DNA of 64,000 nt from positions 28,751-92,750 of IMG/VR virus record IMGVR_UViG_3300042569_001787. The stretch is one strand, 5' to 3'. Under the pieces are notes generated by a model. It had not been told where the DNA came from. It saw nothing but the letters and a program-made list of their open reading frames with translations, and did not search any database. How positions within the stretch are numbered: the stretch's first letter is position 1; each line of letters begins with the position of its first letter. Of this stretch, positions 1 to 8,389 are shown piece after piece. A program made the translations under genes and the position numbers. This DNA is from a virus.

Positions 1-48
1 GGGACAGTTCAATATCAAGGCAATAGAGCTAATGAGATTATTAAAGCC

Positions 49-1188
49 ATGGAAACAAATAGTTGGACAAAAGGTAGATTACCGGCAGAACAAGCGGGAA
101 TCGAAATTAACTTGCAAACATCACCAATTGATACCGAAACAAAACAACCTAAATACGCGGGTGAATTTAAATCGCCATTTTACATGTATAAATTATACAG
201 TGATATGTCACCATCTGAGGTTTTAACTAATATGAAAACTCAAGTTGAAAAAGCTAAGACAGACTATAGTAAAAATAGTTGTAGAAAAACTATCAACAAT
301 TATTATGACATTATGTCTAAGGGTGGTTTGAATATGTCTCAACAAGAGATTAACGTTTTCAAACCAACTGTTGCAACATGTATTGCTAATCACAAAACAT
401 CTTTTGGTGGTAATATGACAGATAAAATGAATAATATTTGGAACGCAAAACCTGTAAACGGATTAACTTTTGAAGTAAAAAGTTCTATCCAACAAAAAGC
501 TCAAAACGAATCTAAAGAAAATAAATTAAAAAATATAATTAGAGAAAATTTAGTTAGTCTATCTAACTCAAAAAAAAAAGCATTATTAGGTGAACAAAAT
601 ATTATAACAACAAGATATTCTATTATTAAAGAAAGTGGTAAACCTAAAAATAGAACTCAGAAAAAAAAATTAACAGATGAATTAATTTCAGAAACATTTT
701 ATTTAAATTCTCAAGGATTTAACAATAAATTAATTAATGAAGAATTTTTAGACGTTATTAAAGGTTTATTTGGAAATGCTGGTGAAGGTGTATTTAATTA
801 TATTAAAGAAAGATTTGCGACATTTATTGTTACTAAATTAACACCAATGGACCCTAATGGATGGGCGGCAAACATACTAATTACAGCAGTTGGTAACATT
901 CCAATTGGAGATTATATGACAGGTAAAGTATTTAGTTGTGATTATATAAGTGATGTTTTATCTAAGTCAGTTGCTGAAGGAGCATTAAGAAAAGTACAAT
1001 ACGAGAAAGCAATGGGGGGACCATTATATGACATATTAAGAAATGCGATTGTTGAAACGTTAGAAGATACAAAATTTGGTTCGGCAATTGAAAACGCAAT
1101 TGGTGATTTGGTTTGTCCTTTATTAGGAGGAATTAAAGAAAAAATGAATTTAGCGTCAGACGCTATAAAAGATAAAGCACTAAGTTAA
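49..1188 (+). CDS. Hypothetical protein, probably virion-associated (may begin before the window)
   Basis: 379-aa ORF with 'KLKNIIREN' and 'LINE/LISE' motifs like other late proteins here. Confidence 0.6.
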   Translation: METNSWTKGRLPAEQAGIEINLQTSPIDTETKQPKYAGEFKSPFYMYKLYSDMSPSEVLTNMKTQVEKAKTDYSKNSCRKTINNYYDIMSKGGLNMSQQEINVFKPTVATCIANHKTSFGGNMTDKMNNIWNAKPVNGLTFEVKSSIQQKAQNESKENKLKNIIRENLVSLSNSKKKALLGEQNIITTRYSIIKESGKPKNRTQKKKLTDELISETFYLNSQGFNNKLINEEFLDVIKGLFGNAGEGVFNYIKERFATFIVTKLTPMDPNGWAANILITAVGNIPIGDYMTGKVFSCDYISDVLSKSVAEGALRKVQYEKAMGGPLYDILRNAIVETLEDTKFGSAIENAIGDLVCPLLGGIKEKMNLASDAIKDKALS

Positions 1189-1203
1189 TTAGTCTTTAAC
1201 TAA

Positions 1204-1298
1204 CCTTCGGAATAAATTCCGAAAGGGATAAACCATCTAAAAGAAAGGGGGGATGTTCCAAATCTAACAAAGAGGTGTCGTGAGACACCTTTTTGTTT
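1204..1298 (+). ncRNA. Candidate small RNA or 3'UTR element: hairpin, 16S-tail complement, terminator
   Basis: Hairpin ccttcggaa-taaa-ttccgaaagg (1204-1226); AGAAAGGGGGGATGTTCCA (1242-1260); terminator aggtgtc-gtga-gacacct followed by T run. Confidence 0.5.
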
Positions 1299-1410
1299 TT
1301 TTCATATTATTGATTTAAAAATAATTCTACGGTATACTTATAGTAAGAATTATAATTAAATGAATAATCTCTATTGATTGTGATGATAAAATATTTACAA
1401 TTATTTACTA

Positions 1411-2112
1411 ATGGAGAATAATGAAAAATACGACTTTTGTATTGTTATTACAACATATGAAAGAGAAGATATGTTAAAACAATTATTGGAAGATATTTTT
1501 AAATACACCGAATATAAAATGTATGTGGTCGTGTTTGATGATGGGAGTAAGAGAACTTACGATTTAAGCAAATACGATGTAAAATATATTAAATACGTAA
1601 AAAATAATGGGTTAAAAAATCTTTGGAGAGTGATAAATGATGCCTTTAAATTTATCGGAAAAATAGACGCAAAATATTACTTTTATTTACAAGATGATTT
1701 AAGATTAAAAGAAAATTTTTTTGAAGAAAGTATTAGGATTTTTGAAAAAATTGATGATGATAAAAAAATTTGTTTGGAATTAAGAACGGACCAAAGAACT
1801 ACAAGACCCAATTGGACAGCAATTGAACCAAAAATTATTGATGAATATATACATACTCAATGGGTTGAGCTAGATTTTATATGTAAATACAATTTTTTTG
1901 AGGCCCTTAATTTTAAAATAAACCCAATACCTATGTCAAGATGGGATAAAAATCCGCATATTAGTAGTGGTGTTGGACAACAGATTAGTGTTAGATTATC
2001 TGAAAAAGGGTTAAATATGTATCACGTTATTAATACCTTGACAACTCACGGTGACCACGAATCTGTATTATTACCCGAACTTAGAAAAAATGAAAAATTA
2101 CTCGCAATATAA
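1411..2112 (+). CDS. Glycosyltransferase family 2-like
   Basis: VITTYER, VFDDGS and YLQDD GT-A motifs. Confidence 0.8.
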   Translation: MENNEKYDFCIVITTYEREDMLKQLLEDIFKYTEYKMYVVVFDDGSKRTYDLSKYDVKYIKYVKNNGLKNLWRVINDAFKFIGKIDAKYYFYLQDDLRLKENFFEESIRIFEKIDDDKKICLELRTDQRTTRPNWTAIEPKIIDEYIHTQWVELDFICKYNFFEALNFKINPIPMSRWDKNPHISSGVGQQISVRLSEKGLNMYHVINTLTTHGDHESVLLPELRKNEKLLAI

Positions 2113-2699
2113 TGAATATAAAAACTTATATAATAAACCTTGAACGAAGAACGGATAGGTTAAACGAATTAAAAATACCCTTTAACTACGAATTTTTTGT
2201 TGCGACAGATGGTATAAAAGTGTTTGATAGTGATGTTTACAGTAGAAAAGAATTGGCTCACTTAGGTTGTAAAGATAGTCATAAACGATTATTGTCTAAA
2301 ATATATGATGATGGGTTAGAACACTGTTTAGTTTTTGAAGATGATGTTGAATTGTGTGAAAATTTTGAAGTTAAATTAAATGAAATAATTGAAGAACTAC
2401 CAAAAGATTGGGATATAGTTTATTTAGGAGGATGGAACCTTGGAGATAAGAAACCATACTCAACTAAATTAGATATTGCCGAAAAAATTTACACTACCCA
2501 TTCTTATCTAATAAGACGTAAATTTATTCCAAAATTACTTGAAGAACTTGATACTAATGAATGTGAAAAAGTTGATGTTGTTTTTAGTGTTTTACAAGAA
2601 CAAAATAAATGTTTTATTACGTCACCTATTTTGTGTTGGCAAAGGGAAGGATTTAGTGATATTCAAAATAAAATAACTAATAATATACATTTATTATGA
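2112..2699 (+). CDS. Glycosyltransferase family 25 (LPS-biosynthesis type)
   Basis: YIINLERRTDR, GCKDSH, VFEDD signature. Confidence 0.85.
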   Translation: MNIKTYIINLERRTDRLNELKIPFNYEFFVATDGIKVFDSDVYSRKELAHLGCKDSHKRLLSKIYDDGLEHCLVFEDDVELCENFEVKLNEIIEELPKDWDIVYLGGWNLGDKKPYSTKLDIAEKIYTTHSYLIRRKFIPKLLEELDTNECEKVDVVFSVLQEQNKCFITSPILCWQREGFSDIQNKITNNIHLL

Positions 2700-3307
2700 T
2701 AATAACCTTTTATAATGCTAAGATAAACCAATCAGTGGTTACAAACCAAAAGAGAGTTTTTGAACATTTTAATATCGAATTAAATCAAATTGAATGCGGT
2801 CAATGGATTGGTCACGGAAAAGTAATAGATAAATATCTTAGAGAATGTAATCAAGATTGGGAATATCTGATATTATTTGATATTGACAGTATACCCCTCA
2901 ATGAAAAAATAATACCTGAAACTATTGAATGGATTAAGAATAACCACGGATTATTTTCTGTTGCACAAAAAGCTAGTCATATTAAAGATTCTATAGTTTA
3001 TGCGGGTCCTTGTTTTTTAGGGTTTAGTAGAGAAACCTACGAATTAATGGGCCGACCATCTTTTGACAAAACGTATCGTTCAGATTGTGCTGGTGAACTA
3101 ACTTATTTTGCAATTGATAAAGGATTTGAAGTTAAATTAATGTACCCATCAAGTGTTGAGGAACCAAGGTGGGATTTAGAAGATGGTGTTAAATTTGGGT
3201 TTGGTACTACTTATGAAAACAATATTTACCACTCGTTTGAATCACGATTTCACAATATTGATATGTTTATAAATAAATGTGAAAAAGTTTTGAATAATAA
3301 TGGATAA
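2696..3307 (+). CDS. Putative GT-A fold nucleotide-sugar transferase
   Basis: LFDIDSIP DxD motif, located in GT operon. Confidence 0.55.
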   Translation: MIITFYNAKINQSVVTNQKRVFEHFNIELNQIECGQWIGHGKVIDKYLRECNQDWEYLILFDIDSIPLNEKIIPETIEWIKNNHGLFSVAQKASHIKDSIVYAGPCFLGFSRETYELMGRPSFDKTYRSDCAGELTYFAIDKGFEVKLMYPSSVEEPRWDLEDGVKFGFGTTYENNIYHSFESRFHNIDMFINKCEKVLNNNG

Positions 3308-5036
3308 GATAATTTATAATATCGCCAGTTATAAAAGAGGTGATACGTTAATTAATACAATACAATCAATTTATAATCAATGTGATATTATCAACGTTGC
3401 CCTTAATGATTATGATGAAATACCTGTTGAATTATACGATAAAAAAATAAATTTGTTTATTACGGATAATGACAGAGGGGATGCGTATAAATTTTATAAA
3501 TTAATGGATTCTGATGGTTATTATTTTACAATAGATGACGATTTGATTTACCCTGAAAACTATACTAAATATATGGTTGACAAGGTTAATCAATATAATA
3601 GGAAGTCGATTATTACTTTACACGCACGAACTTTTAACTCATTCCCCATTAATAGTTATTATAATAGTAAATCATCTGTTTATCATTTTAAAAAATCATT
3701 GGATAAAGACCGTAAAGTACAATTTGGTGGTACTGGAGTAATGTGTTTTCACACTGATTTATTTAAAGTTCCTATTGAGTATTTTGATAAACCAAATATG
3801 GCAGATGTGTGGGTTGGTAAATACGCTAAAGAAAATAATATTGAAATTACATGTGTAGAACATAATGGAGGGTTTGTTAAACAACAAGATATTGATAGTA
3901 GTATATACAAAACTGGTTTGAAAAATGATGATATACAAACAAAATTAACTAACGAGTGTTATATAGATAAGGAAATTTCAATGAAATTAGTAATAGTATC
4001 AACGTTTTGGAATTCCGAAAAATTTGTTTCGGATTGTATTAAATCTTTAAAAAACCAATATTACACAAATTTTGTGTCATATATGATTGATGATATGTCG
4101 ACCGACAAATCATATGATGTTGCCAAAAAAGAAATTGGTGATGATGAACGTTTTATTCTTATAAAAAACACAGAAAAAAAATATAAAACCAAAAATTTTA
4201 TAGATGTTATTCGTAATAACAAAAATATTGATTCGAACGATGTTATTATTGAATTGGATGGGGATGACCAATTAATTGATAATTTTGTGTTAGGTTTAAT
4301 TAATAAAATTTACACTGACCCTAATATTTGGATTTGTGGTTCTAAATGGAGAGATAAAAAGGGTGGCACCATGAAGTATGGTAGAGCAAATGCGGATAAC
4401 CCTAGACGTACTAGTTGGAACTTTTCTCACATGAGAACTTATCGAGCATTTTTATTCAGAATGATAAAAGATGCTGATTTAAGATACAATGGGCAATATT
4501 TTAAAGCGGCAGTAGATTTAGGCATTGGGATACCTATGTTAGAAATGTCAGGTAATGAACATTATTATTTCTTAGATGAGGTAACCTATCTTTACACATG
4601 GCACAACCATCAATCCTATTCTAAAAATAGTTCTTTTGGAGATTCTAAATTACAAGGTCTTACCGCAAAACATATATACCAATTACCTGTTTATAAAAAA
4701 TTAATTATCGAGAAAGGTTACGATGAGATAAAAATTAATGTTGAAAACGTCCCGACATCAAAAGAGTTAATTAATAATTTATTAACTGATAAACCACTCA
4801 GCCCAAAGGTGTCTTCATTTAACTATGACTTAATTAATCAAATTATTCTTAACAAAAACGTGTATAACCCCAAAAATCATATTAAACCTATTAGGGAGAA
4901 TATTCCGTTAGACAGGAACAAATTAATTGAGATTAAAAAAGGTTCCATTGCCGACGAAGCAAGAAAGTCCTTAACAAAAACATTTAATAAGGTAAATAAG
5001 ACGCCAAATATTTTTGGAGGTAAAAAAAGAATGTAA
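3300..5036 (+). CDS. Tandem double GT2 glycosyltransferase
   Basis: Two GT-A domains (FTIDDDLIYP; IDDMSTD...ELDGDD). Confidence 0.8.
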   Translation: MDKIIYNIASYKRGDTLINTIQSIYNQCDIINVALNDYDEIPVELYDKKINLFITDNDRGDAYKFYKLMDSDGYYFTIDDDLIYPENYTKYMVDKVNQYNRKSIITLHARTFNSFPINSYYNSKSSVYHFKKSLDKDRKVQFGGTGVMCFHTDLFKVPIEYFDKPNMADVWVGKYAKENNIEITCVEHNGGFVKQQDIDSSIYKTGLKNDDIQTKLTNECYIDKEISMKLVIVSTFWNSEKFVSDCIKSLKNQYYTNFVSYMIDDMSTDKSYDVAKKEIGDDERFILIKNTEKKYKTKNFIDVIRNNKNIDSNDVIIELDGDDQLIDNFVLGLINKIYTDPNIWICGSKWRDKKGGTMKYGRANADNPRRTSWNFSHMRTYRAFLFRMIKDADLRYNGQYFKAAVDLGIGIPMLEMSGNEHYYFLDEVTYLYTWHNHQSYSKNSSFGDSKLQGLTAKHIYQLPVYKKLIIEKGYDEIKINVENVPTSKELINNLLTDKPLSPKVSSFNYDLINQIILNKNVYNPKNHIKPIRENIPLDRNKLIEIKKGSIADEARKSLTKTFNKVNKTPNIFGGKKRM

Positions 5037-5101
5037 TCCCTTTTTGACTATTTTATAATTTATATTATCTTTATACTATAAATTAAAAAGATTTAACTTA
5101 C

Positions 5102-5175
5102 GGCTTCGTAGCTCAATTGGACAGAGCAACACACTTCTAATGTGTAGGTTACTGGTTCGAATCCAGTCGAGGTCA
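5102..5175 (+). tRNA. tRNA-Arg(TCT)
   Basis: Acceptor ggcttcg/cgaggtc, anticodon loop c-t-TCT-aa, GGTTCGAATCC T-arm. Confidence 0.93.
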
Positions 5176-5189
5176 CTAAAATTTATTAT

Positions 5190-5441
5190 ATGGGAAGACA
5201 TGACAATATCTTAGAACAAGAACACAACGAGTTTGTTAATAGCGAACTATTTTGTCAAATGATTACGGAAAAAATAGAAAATTCACATTTTCATAAATAT
5301 GATGGTATAACACCTGAAGGGTTTTTACTTATACCCGAACAAACCTTAGAAAGGTTGAAAGATTTTGAAACTTGGAAAGAGTGGAAAAATAATCCATCAA
5401 TTTTAAAAAAAATGATGATTGACGATTTAAAAAATGAATAA
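5190..5441 (+). CDS. Hypothetical protein
   Basis: 83-aa ORF. Confidence 0.55.
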   Translation: MGRHDNILEQEHNEFVNSELFCQMITEKIENSHFHKYDGITPEGFLLIPEQTLERLKDFETWKEWKNNPSILKKMMIDDLKNE

Positions 5442-5479
5442 TTTTTTTGTAGATTAAAAAAAAATAGTACATTTGTGGT

Positions 5480-6187
5480 ATGAAATATTCAGCACTTAAA
5501 GACATCGTTTATATTGGTTTGATGGTTTTTGTTATCGGAGGAACCAATGAGTATTTGGAAAAATACGACTATAGTTATGACAAAGTAATGGGTTCTTTGG
5601 AGTCTGAGGCAAAAAGACTTGACAAAGTTTACGGTTATGACAAGAACTATTCAAAAGAAGAAGAGGTTAAAATTACTGATTCAAAACAACCATCTTCAAC
5701 TGAAGTTAGTTCTGACCGAGTAATCAACATCCACGGTTTTGGTAAATATACTCAAAGTGACCTTTATACAATCAAAGAAGGTGTTGAAAACTTCTACGGT
5801 ATCCGTTGTGTCATCTCTGAAAGTGTTGAGTCAGATGATTTTTACTATGACAATAACACTAACGTATTATTAGCGTACAAAGTATTAACATTATCTGTTG
5901 GTAAATCAAATATGAATATGTATGTTACTGACGAACCATTATGTAATGAAAATTCTAATGATTTGATTAGTGGACACGCAAGAATTAATTGTGACGGCTC
6001 TGTTATCAGTACTAAAGAAATGAGAAACAACAATCACTATAATAATACTAGTTTAGTTCATACTGCGGTACACGAATTAGGACATAACTTTGGGTTATCT
6101 CACTGTAATAACCAATCTTGTATCATGAAATCTCACGGTTTAGACACTAAAGAGTTCTGTAATGAGTGTAAATTAAAAATTAATTAG
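5480..6187 (+). CDS. Membrane-anchored zinc metalloprotease (archaemetzincin/M54-like)
   Basis: N-terminal hydrophobic segment; HELGHNFGLSHC..CIM and C-terminal CxxC. Confidence 0.8.
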   Translation: MKYSALKDIVYIGLMVFVIGGTNEYLEKYDYSYDKVMGSLESEAKRLDKVYGYDKNYSKEEEVKITDSKQPSSTEVSSDRVINIHGFGKYTQSDLYTIKEGVENFYGIRCVISESVESDDFYYDNNTNVLLAYKVLTLSVGKSNMNMYVTDEPLCNENSNDLISGHARINCDGSVISTKEMRNNNHYNNTSLVHTAVHELGHNFGLSHCNNQSCIMKSHGLDTKEFCNECKLKIN

Positions 6188-6212
6188 TGATAATTTTTTT
6201 ACATCAATAAAC

Positions 6213-6241
6213 AAAAAAAGGGGGATAATTCCCCCTTTTTT
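6213..6241. terminator. Bidirectional intrinsic terminator
   Basis: aaaaaaaggggga-taat-tcccccttttt between convergent genes. Confidence 0.75.
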
Positions 6242-6262
6242 CTTTGATTTGGTATTTATCAA

Positions 6263-6427
6263 CTATTTCTTTTTAGAAATAATTGACCACACACCACCTA
6301 CAAGTGTAACCGCTGCTCCGATAAGTTCTTGTACTGATGAATCAGTTGCAAGACCTTTCATAATCAGGATACCACCTACAAAAGTAAGTGCGTGTCTAAC
6401 GATACCTTGGATTTGTTCTTTAGTCAT
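6263..6427 (-). CDS. Small two-TM membrane protein, holin-like (54 aa, not in ORF track)
   Basis: MTKEQIQGIVRHALTFVGGILIMKGLATDSSVQELIGAAVTLVGGVWSIISKKK; TATTTAT motif upstream on the minus strand. Confidence 0.7.
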   Translation of the reverse strand: MTKEQIQGIVRHALTFVGGILIMKGLATDSSVQELIGAAVTLVGGVWSIISKKK

Positions 6428-6484
6428 TTTTAATGTTGATTAAAGGTTTATGCCAGACTATAAATATCAAAAAAATAGTAAAAC

Positions 6485-6520
6485 AGTCTTTTGGTCTAAT
6501 GGTAGGACCCGTGGTTTTGG
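6485..6520 (+). pseudogene. 5' half remnant of a tRNA-Gln(TTG)
   Basis: agtcttt-tg-gtctaatggtaggac-c-cgtgg-tt-TTG-g, then abrupt AT-rich sequence with no T-arm. Confidence 0.5.
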
Positions 6521-6606
6521 GTTAAAAGATAAAAATTTTAATTTATTAGTTTAATATTTTTCGCACAAGTAGACTCCGATTACAAAATTTTTTGTATCTT
6601 TACAAT

Positions 6607-7101
6607 ATGAAAGACTCACTACCATATTGTAATACAGAAAAAGCGATTAAAGGTTATGAAGAATCCCAAATTGCGAAAAATGAAAAAAATGATTGTGTTG
6701 TAAGAGCATTCGCATCTTGTTTTGATGTGTCTTACAATTATGCTCACGGATACGTTAGAGATAACTTTGGTCGTAATAACCGTCAAGGAACTTATGGTAC
6801 TGTAAATAAAATGACCAAACTTGCGGAGAATAGAACTCAAATAAATTACAAAAAAGTTAAATGTGTTGGTAAATTAAACAATTACAATAGACGCACATTA
6901 GAATATACCGTTAACGTAAAGGGTGAAAAGGTTAACCGTAAAATGACTGTTGGTACTTTTACAAAACAAAACCCTGTTGGGACATTTTTTATGTTAGTTA
7001 GTCGTCACGCTTTCACAATTAAAGATGGTGTTGTGATTGGTAACTATGAAGATTCAACCAAGAAAAAACGTATATTGTTTTATGCGTTTGAAGTAAAATA
7101 A
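6607..7101 (+). CDS. Hypothetical early protein (possible Cys-His hydrolase)
   Basis: ATG 4 nt after TATCTTTA promoter box; NDCVVRA...RHA motifs. Confidence 0.6.
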   Translation: MKDSLPYCNTEKAIKGYEESQIAKNEKNDCVVRAFASCFDVSYNYAHGYVRDNFGRNNRQGTYGTVNKMTKLAENRTQINYKKVKCVGKLNNYNRRTLEYTVNVKGEKVNRKMTVGTFTKQNPVGTFFMLVSRHAFTIKDGVVIGNYEDSTKKKRILFYAFEVK

Positions 7102-7158
7102 TAAAAAATATTTTACAAATTGTTTGGCAAATCAAAAGTGATTATATATCTTTGTGAT

Positions 7159-7359
7159 ATGGAAATAACAATTAACATACCCAATAGTGTTCTTAATAGA
7201 ATGAAAGAACTCAAAATTACAGACGAAAATATTCAAAAAGAAATGGTAATTGATTTTATCAACGACTCTTTGGACTCACATTACGCCAACGGAATGTTTG
7301 ATAAATTCAGAAAATGGACATTAAAAAATGATAATTTTGAAGTTTATTTGGTAGATTAA
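7159..7359 (+). CDS. Hypothetical early protein
   Basis: In-frame ATG 4 nt after TATCTTTG. Confidence 0.55.
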   Translation: MEITINIPNSVLNRMKELKITDENIQKEMVIDFINDSLDSHYANGMFDKFRKWTLKNDNFEVYLVD

Positions 7360-7452
7360 AAAAAGTTTGTATCTTTGTAAGGCAAACAACGGGGGTAGGA
7401 AGTGAGAGGTTGATGTCCTACTCCCGTAAAGAAAGAAGAAGTTCATTGACAT
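7347..7452 (+). promoter_or_regulatory. Bacteroidota-type promoter, leader hairpin and boxA-like site of the tRNA operon
   Basis: TTTG 7347, TATCTTTG 7370-7377, hairpin cgggggtagga/tcctactcccg, GTTCATTGACAT 7441-7452. Confidence 0.65.
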
Positions 7453-7459
7453 TAAAATA

Positions 7460-7552
7460 TTGTGGTGGTAAGAAACGGGAAACTTGTAAAGTACATTAAC
7501 CTGTTGACATAAGATGGTGAAACGAGAGTGTGTGTCAGCTACTTAACTGCAA
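7460..7552 (+). ncRNA. Unassigned structured RNA at the head of the tRNA operon
   Basis: Ends pair (ttgtggt..taag / ctta-actgcaa); inner stem gttgacata/tgtgtcagc; no ORF. Confidence 0.4.
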
Positions 7553-7558
7553 ATAAAT

Positions 7559-7632
7559 GGTAACTATAGCTCAGTTGGTAGAGCAAAGGTTTGTGGTACC
7601 TTGTGCCATGGGTTCAATTCCCATTAGTTACC
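7559..7632 (+). tRNA. tRNA-His(GTG)
   Basis: Encoded G-1 and C73, anticodon loop tt-GTG-gt, canonical D and T arms. Confidence 0.93.
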
Positions 7633-7644
7633 CAAAAAAAATAT

Positions 7645-7718
7645 AGTTAATTAGCTCAGTTGGTTAGAGCAATTCCCTGATACGGAATAGGTCATTGGTT
7701 CGAGTCCAATATTAACTA
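7645..7718 (+). tRNA. tRNA-Ile(GAT)
   Basis: Acceptor agttaat/attaact, anticodon loop ct-GAT-ac. Confidence 0.93.
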
Positions 7719-7723
7719 CATAT

Positions 7724-7796
7724 CGCGGGATGTGGAAATTGGTCATCCGCTCGGTCTCATAAGCCGAGATTACAGGTTCGAGCCCTGTTCCCGCAA
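7724..7796 (+). tRNA. tRNA-fMet(CAT), initiator type
   Basis: cgcggga/tcccgca with C1:A72 mismatch; anticodon loop ct-CAT-aa. Confidence 0.88.
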
Positions 7797-7804
7797 CAAC
7801 AAAA

Positions 7805-7864
7805 GGGTAGAATATTCGTAAGGGCCTTTCCTGAAAGATGGCTAGCTAGGCCCGTGTCTACCCT
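7805..7864 (+). ncRNA. Unassigned 60-nt structured RNA between tRNAs
   Basis: Outer stem agggtaga/tctaccct, inner stem gggcct/aggccc. Confidence 0.45.
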
Positions 7865-7871
7865 GATTTTT

Positions 7872-7943
7872 GGTCCCATCGACTATCGGTTAGGTCGTCA
7901 GGTTTTCATCCTGGAAAGTCGGGTTCGATTCCCGGTGGGACTA
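7872..7943 (+). tRNA. tRNA-Glu(TTC)
   Basis: Acceptor ggtccca/tgggact, anticodon loop tt-TTC-at. Confidence 0.93.
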
Positions 7944-8056
7944 CTATAGCCAACCAAGCTTTACTACGATAAGGGTTCATACCTTGACTTTACTAAATAA
8001 ACGCTTAATAGAACAAAGTACAAGTTCAGAGTGAGGAGCGGGTCTCACAAACTTTT

Positions 8057-8129
8057 GGTCCCGTGGTTGAATGGTTACAATTCCACCCTGTCACGGTGCG
8101 AGATACGGGTTCGAATCCCGTCGGGACCG
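8057..8129 (+). tRNA. tRNA-Asp(GTC)
   Basis: Acceptor ggtcccg/cgggacc, anticodon loop ct-GTC-ac. Confidence 0.93.
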
Positions 8130-8152
8130 CAAAATAATGAATAATAACTATT

Positions 8153-8308
8153 ATGAAAAAATTTAGATTGCCACGAAAGATTAAAAAAAAATTAAAAAAT
8201 AATTTATACACCTATCCAAAAAGTGAAAGAAATACTTACTTAATTGCTTGGCCATATAAATACGAAAAAGATTATATTGCATACAAAAAAGGATTGTTAA
8301 GAAGTTAG
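8153..8308 (+). CDS. Small basic hypothetical protein (51 aa, not in ORF track)
   Basis: MKKFRLPRKIKKKLKNNLYTYP...; read manually. Confidence 0.5.
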   Translation: MKKFRLPRKIKKKLKNNLYTYPKSERNTYLIAWPYKYEKDYIAYKKGLLRS

Positions 8309-8389
8309 CGATAATAATCAGAACCCTTGGTAGTTTTGTTTTTTAATAAAAAAATAGTATCTTTGTACCTTAATTAAAAATAATGTGTA

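Noticed and set aside
6249-6443. 64-aa plus-strand ORF
   Set aside because: Shadow of the better minus-strand holin-like gene
8026-8211. 61-aa minus-strand ORF
   Set aside because: Antisense to tRNA-Asp
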